The notes below the pieces were generated by a model. It was not told the DNA's origin. It worked only from the letters and a program-made list of their open reading frames with translations, and did not search any database. A program made the translations under genes and the position numbers. Shown piece by piece: positions 56,531-64,000 of a stretch of 64,000 bases of DNA. Origin of the DNA: an uncultured delta proteobacterium (lineage in GTDB: Bacteria; Desulfobacterota; Desulfobacteria; Desulfobacterales; UBA2156); the NCBI GenBank assembly GCA_963736855.1, contig CAVTQK010000021.1, forward strand, positions 32,001-96,000. Direction: 5' to 3'. Position 1 is the first letter of the stretch; each line of letters begins with the position of its first letter.

Positions 56531-58411
56531 ATGAAACGGCTGGGAGAACAGCTATTATCCGAGGAACCGTTTTCTGCGATTATGATGGGAAACCATGCAC
56601 TGGTGCGTGCTATGGTCGAAGCCGGAACCCGTGTGGTGGCATCGTATCCCGGTTCACCGACACCGGAGATCGCCGAGGCTATTACGGCCATTGCTGCGGA
56701 AAAGCGCCCTTTTTACTTTGAATTTTCCACCAACGAAAAAGTCGCCACCGAAATCGCTTACGGCGCTGCGGTTAACGGTCATCTGTCTACTACTTTTTTT
56801 AAGAGTGTGGGGCTCAACGTGGCCTCAGATACCTTTGTTCAACTGCCCCTCATGAACATTATCGGCGGCATGGTCCTGATATTGGGGGATGACCCAGGCG
56901 CTAATTCCTCCCAAAACGAGCAGGACAACCGGCATTATGCCCGGATGAGCTACACACCCGTGTTAGAACCCGCTTCTCCGGCGGAAGCCTATCGGTTTTA
57001 TAAAGAAGCCGCTGCACTTGCCATAAAGCACCATATGCCGGTTATCCTTCGGCTGACCACCCATGTGTGCCACGCCAAGGAACGGATTTCCTTCGAAGCC
57101 TGGAAGCCGATGCCTTGGGACCACACACCGCGATTCGATAAAAAAAACGGCCCCTATATTCCCCTTACCGCCGAAGTATTTCCTATGAAACGCAGAGCCC
57201 TCGAACGGTTGGATGCCGTGGAGGCGGAGGGCAACAACTCCCCGCTGAACACGCTGATCGACAACGGAGACAAGAGTCGGGGGATCCTCACCGCGGGACT
57301 CCCTTTTTTGTCCGTGATGGAGGTCACCAAACACCTGACTCAAAAACCGGATATCCTGAAACTGGGTACCGTCCATCCGCTTCCTCGAAAGCGGATCCTG
57401 GACTTTTTAAAAGATCATCAGGAAGTCAAAGTGGTGGAAGAGTTGGATGACATCATCGAAAAAGAGATCAAGAGCTTGGCATTCGACCAAAGGGTTCAGA
57501 CAAGGATCATCGGAAAGACAGACCGGGAGGAGTGGATCGGGGAATACACGGCGGATAAGGTATTTTCCGTGTTGAAAAAAACCTGGCCCGATCTTTTCCT
57601 CGACACTGAAAAAGAATTCAGAAAAGAAGTCCATATTCCATCACGGCCACCCCAAATGTGTCCCGGATGCGGCCATCGCAGCGCCTTTTTTGCCATCAAG
57701 AAGGCGCTGCAGAAGACCGATATCACCGTGGCCGATATCGGCTGTCACACTCTTGGCTTTCTCCCACCATATGAGGTCGGTGAGCTGTTGATGTGCATGG
57801 GTGCTTCAACGGCCATCGGCTCCGGTATGGCGCTTTTCAACGGCACCCGAAAGGTTGTCGTGTTTTTGGGCGATTCGACCTTTTTCCATGCCGGCCTTCC
57901 GGGGATCATCAATGCTGTCTTCAACCGACACAACATCACCTTGATCATCATGGAAAACGGGACCACCGCCATGACCGGCCACCAGGATCATCCCGGCGTG
58001 GGAAGAAATGTCAATCAGCCCACGGATCGCATTCCGGTGCGAAGCCTCCTGGAAGGGATCGGGGTGAAACACATCTTCGAAGCGGACACCTATCTGCAGG
58101 ATAAACTCACCGACCTGGTAAAGCAGGCCCTGGCCATCGACGGATTGAGCGTAGTCATCGCCCGGCATCCCTGCATGCTTAAATTTAACCGGGAACAGAG
58201 AAAAAAGCCGGGATATCAAACCCGACGGGTTGATATCGATAAAAATATCTGTCGAAGGATTTATGATTGCGTCGCGGTATTCGGGTGTCCCACCTTCACC
58301 AGGATGAAAGACGGGAGTGTTGAAGTCAACCCGGATCTTTGCATTGGGGACGGGTCTTGCGTTCAGACCTGCCCGGCCAAGGCGATTTCGCCCGTAAAGG
58401 AGAGAGCTTGA
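56531..58411 (+). CDS. iorA: Indolepyruvate:ferredoxin oxidoreductase alpha subunit
   Basis: YPGSP, NEKVA, GLNVASD, SSQNEQD, CPGCGHR, GDSTFFH, TAMTG motifs and C-terminal ferredoxin domain. Confidence 0.93.
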   Translation: MKRLGEQLLSEEPFSAIMMGNHALVRAMVEAGTRVVASYPGSPTPEIAEAITAIAAEKRPFYFEFSTNEKVATEIAYGAAVNGHLSTTFFKSVGLNVASDTFVQLPLMNIIGGMVLILGDDPGANSSQNEQDNRHYARMSYTPVLEPASPAEAYRFYKEAAALAIKHHMPVILRLTTHVCHAKERISFEAWKPMPWDHTPRFDKKNGPYIPLTAEVFPMKRRALERLDAVEAEGNNSPLNTLIDNGDKSRGILTAGLPFLSVMEVTKHLTQKPDILKLGTVHPLPRKRILDFLKDHQEVKVVEELDDIIEKEIKSLAFDQRVQTRIIGKTDREEWIGEYTADKVFSVLKKTWPDLFLDTEKEFRKEVHIPSRPPQMCPGCGHRSAFFAIKKALQKTDITVADIGCHTLGFLPPYEVGELLMCMGASTAIGSGMALFNGTRKVVVFLGDSTFFHAGLPGIINAVFNRHNITLIIMENGTTAMTGHQDHPGVGRNVNQPTDRIPVRSLLEGIGVKHIFEADTYLQDKLTDLVKQALAIDGLSVVIARHPCMLKFNREQRKKPGYQTRRVDIDKNICRRIYDCVAVFGCPTFTRMKDGSVEVNPDLCIGDGSCVQTCPAKAISPVKERA

Positions 58412-58412
58412 T

Positions 58413-59009
58413 ATGGACGAATTCAACGTCTATCTGACTGGTGTCGGTGGTCAGGGAATCGGGTTGCTCAGTGAGATATTAATCCGGGCGGCGGACCGCG
58501 CGGGATTTCATGTCATCAGCGTGGATACCCACGGGCTGGCCCAGCGAGGCGGCGTTGTCATCTCCCAGTTGCGAATGGGCGATAGCGTTTTTTCTCCGTT
58601 GATTCCCGCCGGATGTGCGGATCTGGTTGTGGCCTTGGAACGGCATGAAGCGCTCAGGGGTATACAAGCCGTTCTTAAAGACCGGGGAGCCTTGGTTTAT
58701 TATGATGCCGTTTGGCAACCTCTCGATGTGAGACTGAAGAAAGCATCGGAAGTCGGAAAAGAGACCATCGCCGAGCTGTGCCGAAGCCGGGGGATTCGAG
58801 AAATACGGGTCGATTGGCCGAACCTGCCGGATGCCCGGATGCAAAACATCGTCATTCTGGGAGCCCTGGACGCATATCGATTGATACCGGGTATCGATAC
58901 CGACAGTTATGAAGGCGCCATGCAGGATCTGATGACCGGAAAAATGCTGGAGGGAAATCTTAGTATTTTCAGGGACGTTTCGGCGCGACTGAAGGATAAG
59001 CAGACATGA
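58413..59009 (+). CDS. iorB: Indolepyruvate:ferredoxin oxidoreductase beta subunit
   Basis: GVGGQG, HGLAQRGG, SPLIP motifs. Confidence 0.92.
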   Translation: MDEFNVYLTGVGGQGIGLLSEILIRAADRAGFHVISVDTHGLAQRGGVVISQLRMGDSVFSPLIPAGCADLVVALERHEALRGIQAVLKDRGALVYYDAVWQPLDVRLKKASEVGKETIAELCRSRGIREIRVDWPNLPDARMQNIVILGALDAYRLIPGIDTDSYEGAMQDLMTGKMLEGNLSIFRDVSARLKDKQT

Positions 59010-59061
59010 CATGGCTTGTTTTGGAAAATTCCAAAATATCCCCAGCTTCTGTTCCCGCCGC

Positions 59062-59310
59062 TCAGAAATCTTTTAGAAAAAATTGGTGATATTCCGGTTC
59101 GCTCAAATGAATTTTTAAAAGATCCGACAGTTTGGAGAACAGGTCATTCAATTCGGTGTCGGCCATTCGTGGAAGAATGACGCGCAAAAGGTTGTCGTCT
59201 GAAAACGCCTGGAGATAATAAGCAAGGGCGTGTTCGTCGGTTTTTCGGTCCAGGCCGAAACCCACAAGACCCTCATAGCTTTCGGCAAATTCATGTGATC
59301 GTCGGGACAT
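59062..59310 (-). CDS. Small hypothetical cytoplasmic protein
   Basis: 82 aa ORF with RBS-like AAGGA; natural composition; fills the gap between iorB and the LysM gene. Confidence 0.7.
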   Translation of the reverse strand: MSRRSHEFAESYEGLVGFGLDRKTDEHALAYYLQAFSDDNLLRVILPRMADTELNDLFSKLSDLLKIHLSEPEYHQFFLKDF

Positions 59311-59443
59311 TTTTCAATCCTTTAACAGGGAGTTGGACCCATTCAAATATATAGGTCTTGATATGAAACCGATTATCGACTATAAAATTTAAAAATAGGT
59401 TTGATGACCCCCACTTAAATAGCAAGATAATGGAGGATAAGCA

Positions 59444-60085
59444 ATGCCTTGGGATGAAGATGAACGGATGAGCCAGATTCGAATCGAACCTGAAAAGGGG
59501 GAGATTCAAAAGGAAAGCGACCCGCTCTTTTTTCGGAAAGAAAAAAACCGGCCCAAGTGGTTCAAGCTTCCTGAGGAGATGCCCGGCGGCTTGATCGCCT
59601 TGGTGGTCCTCGCCCTGGTGGTTTTGTTCATCTTGTTCATCCCCAACTCCAAAAAAGCCGAAACGGAAAAAAAGATTGCCTCCCTCGAAGAAAAAGTATC
59701 CCGCCTCACGGAACGCGTCGGCCATGTCGAAGAGATGGGAAAGGGTGTCATCTCTCAAGAAACTCCGGATAATGCCAACGTGCAAATGAAGAGCCGTCTG
59801 GATCGGGTGGAAGCCTCCCTTTCGATGGTTACCAAACAGATGGAAGAAAGACTGACATCGCTGAAAACCCCGGCCAAAAAAGAGGAGCCTTCAAAAGGGG
59901 CCACAGATAAAAAAACCGTTCAACCCCCGCAGGGGGAAACTACCTTTCATATCGTCCAGCCTGGTGATACCTTGTTCAGCATCAGCCGGAAGTATGCAAT
60001 GAATCCCGATGAACTGAAGCAGCTCAACAAACTGTCCGAGGGGCGGATTTACCCCGGGCAAAAGCTTCAGGTTCGAGGTAAATAA
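59444..60085 (+). CDS. Membrane-anchored coiled-coil LysM protein
   Basis: One TM segment, coiled coil, HIVQPGDTLFSISRKY..IYPGQKL. Confidence 0.9.
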   Translation: MPWDEDERMSQIRIEPEKGEIQKESDPLFFRKEKNRPKWFKLPEEMPGGLIALVVLALVVLFILFIPNSKKAETEKKIASLEEKVSRLTERVGHVEEMGKGVISQETPDNANVQMKSRLDRVEASLSMVTKQMEERLTSLKTPAKKEEPSKGATDKKTVQPPQGETTFHIVQPGDTLFSISRKYAMNPDELKQLNKLSEGRIYPGQKLQVRGK

Positions 60086-60112
60086 TCCCTTTTCGCCCCC
60101 TGGAGTAACCCC

Positions 60113-61321
60113 TTGGATACGCCATGGCGCATGAAAAACCGCATCATGAACTATTCCTGGGGGTCCCATACCGCCATTGCGCGTCTCTTGGGGGCACCTG
60201 AGCCTTCCCCTGAACCCCAGGCAGAGCTTTGGATGGGCGCCCATCCAAAGGCGCCGTCTATGGTCCAGGTGCAAGATGTGCAGGTTTCCCTGGCCGATTT
60301 GATTGTCGAGAACCCGGAATCTATTCTCGGCACTGATGTGGCAAGGGATTTTAACAACCGGTTGCCCTTTCTTTTTAAGGTGCTGGCCGCTGAAAAACCT
60401 CTCTCCATCCAGGCGCACCCAAACTCTCAGAAGGCGAAAGAAGGATTTGAAAGAGAGAACAAGAGGGGAATCCCTCTTGGTTCATCCCGCCGAAGCTTTC
60501 AAGACGACAATCCCAAACCGGAGCTCTTGTGCGCCTTAAGCCCTTTCTGGGTCCTTTGCGGTTTCCGGAGAATCACGGATATTTTAAAACTCGGGAATCG
60601 ATTGGTTTCTCGCGGTCTGAAAAATGAACTCCGGGATCTCCAAAGGCAGCCGGATCCATCGGGCTTGAAGGCCTTCTTCAAGGCCATCATGGTGTTGGGA
60701 GACTCCCTTCGAAAAAATGTTATTGACGAAGCCCTTGCATTGGCAGCGCCCGAAATTGATTCGGATCCTGTCGCCAAATGGATTACGGCCCTTGCACGGG
60801 AATTCCCGTTTGATATCGGAGTGCTTTCCCCCATTTTTTTAAACCTACTGCGACTGAATCCCGGTGAGGGGATTTTTCTTTCCGAAGGGATCCTCCATGC
60901 GTACCTCGAAGGCGACGGTGTCGAACTGATGGCCAATTCCGATAATGTGTTCCGAGGCGGGCTGACCCGGAAATACGTGGATCTGAATGGGCTCATGGAT
61001 ATCCTTAAATTTGATGAATATGCGGCAACCATTATCAGACCCATACCGACCGGATTATGCGAAATGCGGTTTGATACACCTACAGAAGCCTTTTCCCTTT
61101 CCAAAATCACCGTCTCACCGGAAAGGGAATTCTTGAGCCAAGATCGAAAAAGCATCGAAATTCTCCTTTGCGTCGAAGGTTCAGGGGCAATCACGACAAA
61201 GACAGAAACAAGACGCATGTCGTTTCGGCAGGGCGATTCTTTCCTGATTCCGGCAAACTTTTCAGGGTATCGCATTAAGGGGGATGCGACCCTGTACAAG
61301 GCCTTTGTACCTGAACGATAA
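60113..61321 (+). CDS. manA: Mannose-6-phosphate isomerase class I
   Basis: YSWGS, AELWMGAHP, PLSIQAHP, KPE, HAYL.G, ANSDNV motifs. Confidence 0.94.
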   Translation: MDTPWRMKNRIMNYSWGSHTAIARLLGAPEPSPEPQAELWMGAHPKAPSMVQVQDVQVSLADLIVENPESILGTDVARDFNNRLPFLFKVLAAEKPLSIQAHPNSQKAKEGFERENKRGIPLGSSRRSFQDDNPKPELLCALSPFWVLCGFRRITDILKLGNRLVSRGLKNELRDLQRQPDPSGLKAFFKAIMVLGDSLRKNVIDEALALAAPEIDSDPVAKWITALAREFPFDIGVLSPIFLNLLRLNPGEGIFLSEGILHAYLEGDGVELMANSDNVFRGGLTRKYVDLNGLMDILKFDEYAATIIRPIPTGLCEMRFDTPTEAFSLSKITVSPEREFLSQDRKSIEILLCVEGSGAITTKTETRRMSFRQGDSFLIPANFSGYRIKGDATLYKAFVPER

Positions 61322-61372
61322 GCCCAAACAGCCCTTCAAAGTTGGTAGGTACCGAATGCAAAAAGAGATATC

Positions 61373-61957
61373 ATGGTAAAATACAAAGGCATCAATCATT
61401 TGGCAATGGCTACTCCGGATATGGATGCCACCATACGGTTCTGGAGGGATCTTTTGGGAATGCGCCTGGTGGCCGGGATGGGCAAGCCCGGGTACCGGCA
61501 TTATTTTTTCGAAATCAGCGAACATGACATGATCGCCTTTTTCGAATGGAAAGAGGTGGAAAAGATTCCTGAAAAGGACCACGGGGTCCCGGTATCCGGC
61601 CCGTTTGCCTTCGATCATATATCCTTTGAAGTGGGAAGTGATGACGACCTTTGGGAGATCAAGGATCGTATCGAAGCTGCCGGGGAATGGGTTTCCGAAG
61701 TCATCGACCATGGCTTCATCCATTCCGTCTATGCCTTCGATCCCAACCATATCCCTATTGAGTTCAGCGCCCCAGTCTCCGTTGTGGATTTGAGAAAAAC
61801 GCCTAAAATGAAAGACAAGGTTCCCACCGAGGCGGCAAAAGAAGGTCCGGATCCGGTTTTGGGAAAACGACCCATCGTGACACAACCCACACCCGAAAAT
61901 GAACGGATAACCTACCCGGGGGACGGGAGGGTGTTTCTGGAAGATTCGAACGAGTAA
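61373..61957 (+). CDS. VOC/glyoxalase family protein
   Basis: GINHLA, DHISF, SVYAFDPNHIPIE motifs. Confidence 0.88.
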   Translation: MVKYKGINHLAMATPDMDATIRFWRDLLGMRLVAGMGKPGYRHYFFEISEHDMIAFFEWKEVEKIPEKDHGVPVSGPFAFDHISFEVGSDDDLWEIKDRIEAAGEWVSEVIDHGFIHSVYAFDPNHIPIEFSAPVSVVDLRKTPKMKDKVPTEAAKEGPDPVLGKRPIVTQPTPENERITYPGDGRVFLEDSNE

Positions 61958-62790
61958 TGCCATTCTTCACACAAGCCACGGATATTACCGTACTTTCCGC
62001 AACTTGGACGTTGCTTCGAACGCTGGGATTCTTTCTATTAGCAATTTTTGCATTTCTTTTTTATCACCCGAAAACGACTCTGGCTGAGGATCTTGCCGGG
62101 GTTCATGTACTTCATGTCTTTCCCCACGATCCTTCGGCATTCACCCAGGGACTGATATTCGAGAAAGGGTATCTTTACGAGGGGACCGGAGGAAAGGGGA
62201 AATCCGTCTTGAGAAAGATCGACCTCGAAACAGGAGCTGTGCTGCTGCAGGCGAATCTGTCCAAGGCCTGTTTCGGTGAGGGGATCACTGCATTCAATGG
62301 AAAAATCTACCAGTTGACATGGCATTCCGGCATCGGATTCATCTACGATATTAAAACTCTTATGAAAGAAGGCACGTTTCGATATACCGGCCAAGGTTGG
62401 GGTCTGACCGATGACGGAAAACATTTGATCCTGAGCGACGGTTCGAGTGTTCTACGGTACTTCGACCCGGCTTCGTTCAAGGAGGTGCGCCGGATTCGCG
62501 TCTTTGAGGCGGATTACGAGATCGAAAAGATCAACGAACTCGAGTTTGTCAAAGGATATATTTATGCAAATATCTGGTACACCGATCATATCATTAAGAT
62601 ATCCCCGGAAACGGGAAGGGTTGTTGCGCGATATGATTTATCCGAGATCATTCAAAAGAATCAACCCGAAGATCCGGAAGCGGTCCTCAACGGTATTGCC
62701 TATGATGAGAAAAATGACCGGCTTTTTGTCACCGGCAAACTTTGGCCGATGCTTTTTGAAGTACAATTCAAAGAAAATATAAAAAAGTAA
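61957..62790 (+). CDS. Glutaminyl-peptide cyclotransferase (plant/bacterial type)
   Basis: PHDPSAFTQGL, FGEGIT, QLTW, GWGL, NELE, VLNGIAYD, TGKLW motifs. Confidence 0.92.
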   Translation: MPFFTQATDITVLSATWTLLRTLGFFLLAIFAFLFYHPKTTLAEDLAGVHVLHVFPHDPSAFTQGLIFEKGYLYEGTGGKGKSVLRKIDLETGAVLLQANLSKACFGEGITAFNGKIYQLTWHSGIGFIYDIKTLMKEGTFRYTGQGWGLTDDGKHLILSDGSSVLRYFDPASFKEVRRIRVFEADYEIEKINELEFVKGYIYANIWYTDHIIKISPETGRVVARYDLSEIIQKNQPEDPEAVLNGIAYDEKNDRLFVTGKLWPMLFEVQFKENIKK

Positions 62791-62888
62791 ACCCGGTTGT
62801 TAATCGAAAAAATCCTTTTCATTGATTGAGATCTGGAGTAAAAATGAGCATTATTCATTTGATACCTTTTCAGACAGAAAGGAAACCT

Positions 62889-63107
62889 ATGGAAACTAAA
62901 AAAACCAAACGAGGGGCTTCCGGAACCAAAGCAGGTATTTTGAAAGGCACGGAAGAAATGAGATATTGGGAATTCAGGAAGGAATTTTGTAGTAATAATG
63001 GCTGGCAACTGCGAAGACTTGATGCACAAATTTATGAAGTTATCGACAGTAAACATCAAAAGATTGGAATTTTTAGGAGTGGAAAGGGGTATTTTCCAAG
63101 TGAGTGA
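62889..63107 (+). CDS. Small basic hypothetical protein
   Basis: 72 aa ORF with AAGGA RBS; no recognisable motif. Confidence 0.5.
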   Translation: METKKTKRGASGTKAGILKGTEEMRYWEFRKEFCSNNGWQLRRLDAQIYEVIDSKHQKIGIFRSGKGYFPSE

Positions 63108-63240
63108 GCGCGTTTTATCCGGTTATTAGCGATATCGATTGAACTCTAACTCTCGAACTTCAATAAGCCGTCTTCTTCCGATTCCCCTTTTCAGCGTACG
63201 GAGCGAAAGGGAAAAAAACCAATTAAAAGGAGGAACAGAC

Positions 63241-64000
63241 ATGAACACGCCCACAAAGTTATCCGTAGTGATCCTGATCGGTGTGATCTCTATTTTTGTC
63301 CATGCAGGATGTAGCAGTTCCGGAGGTGATGATCCGGTCGCACCTAGTAATGCATCGAGTATTATTTTACTCCATCATAGCACAGGGGGGGTTATCTGGA
63401 ATGGAGGAGTTCCGGCATGGTTTGCGCAGAACGCCCCGCAACATTCCATCACGGAACAATGGTTCCCTGGAGCCGTAGAAGGAAATTACCCGTATGACTA
63501 CTGGAACATTTGGGTGAATTACGGCGTCCCTGGCGATGCCACACTCGAAATGCTGACCGCACAATATCATGTGATTGTTTTCAAACACTGTTTTCCAGTC
63601 AGCGAGATCGAGGCAGATACCGGCGCTCCAAATGTTGCATCCGAGGAGAGACGGCTTGAAAACTACTACTTGCAGTATAATGCTCTGAAAGCCAAACTGC
63701 GTGAATTTCCGAATACCCGTTTTATTATCTGGACGGGAGCAGTGCAAGTCGAGGGCCTCATCGATGTGGAGATGGCCACTCGTACCCGCATCTTTTTTGA
63801 TTGGGTGAAGAACGTTTGGAATGAACGGGGCGACAATATTTACGTCTGGGATTTTTATGAACTGGAAACGGAGGGCGGATTGTATCTGCGCTCTGAATAT
63901 GCCTCAAGTCCGGACGATGCCCATCCAACTGCGGCGTTCGCTCAACGGGTCGCCCCGCTTCTGTGTCAACGGATCGTGAACGTTCTCAACGGAATCGGAG
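63241..64000 (+). CDS. Lipoprotein, possible SGNH-like hydrolase fold (runs off window end)
   Basis: Not in the ORF track. AGGAGG RBS, MNTPTKLSVVILIGVISIFVHAGC lipobox, HHSTG, FKHCFP, C-terminal DAHP; open to 64000. Confidence 0.8.
   Translation, partial: MNTPTKLSVVILIGVISIFVHAGCSSSGGDDPVAPSNASSIILLHHSTGGVIWNGGVPAWFAQNAPQHSITEQWFPGAVEGNYPYDYWNIWVNYGVPGDATLEMLTAQYHVIVFKHCFPVSEIEADTGAPNVASEERRLENYYLQYNALKAKLREFPNTRFIIWTGAVQVEGLIDVEMATRTRIFFDWVKNVWNERGDNIYVWDFYELETEGGLYLRSEYASSPDDAHPTAAFAQRVAPLLCQRIVNVLNGIG

Overview
Bacterial chromosome segment, most consistent with an anaerobic Desulfobacterota/deltaproteobacterium (inferred from gene content and protein style; no database search was possible). 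Left third: an HD-GYP/lipoprotein pair, korAB, a nest of IS remnants, then the minus-strand core operon ilvB-ilvN-ilvC-cimA-leuA, preceded by an unannotated Ile/Leu/Val-rich leader peptide with a complete four-segment transcription attenuator. Next come topA-dprA, secF-secD (each with a +1 frameshift)-yajC, a lipoprotein, purB and RNase E/G. Middle: a ~16 kb plus-strand acyl-CoA catabolic cluster (ACT protein, PanE-like reductase, radical 2-hydroxyacyl-CoA dehydratase plus activator, ADP-forming and AMP-forming CoA ligases, atypical thiolase, Liv-type ABC transporter, acyl-CoA dehydrogenase). 40.6-54.7 kb is an accessory patchwork: hicAB, a DUF4189-like protein, GGDEF-EAL plus PilZ, an AhpF-like TrxR fusion, a two-gene cassette between IS91-like remnants, a pseudogene, a metallopeptidase and a GC-rich single-chain 2-oxoacid oxidoreductase. 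Right end: epimerase, a desulforedoxin-like small protein, iorAB, LysM protein, manA, VOC protein, glutaminyl cyclase and a truncated lipoprotein. The most striking non-coding signal is a ~265 bp branched, structured repeat present three times; one copy has little sequence identity to the others but keeps the same helical architecture through compensatory changes. No rRNA, tRNA or CRISPR array was seen.
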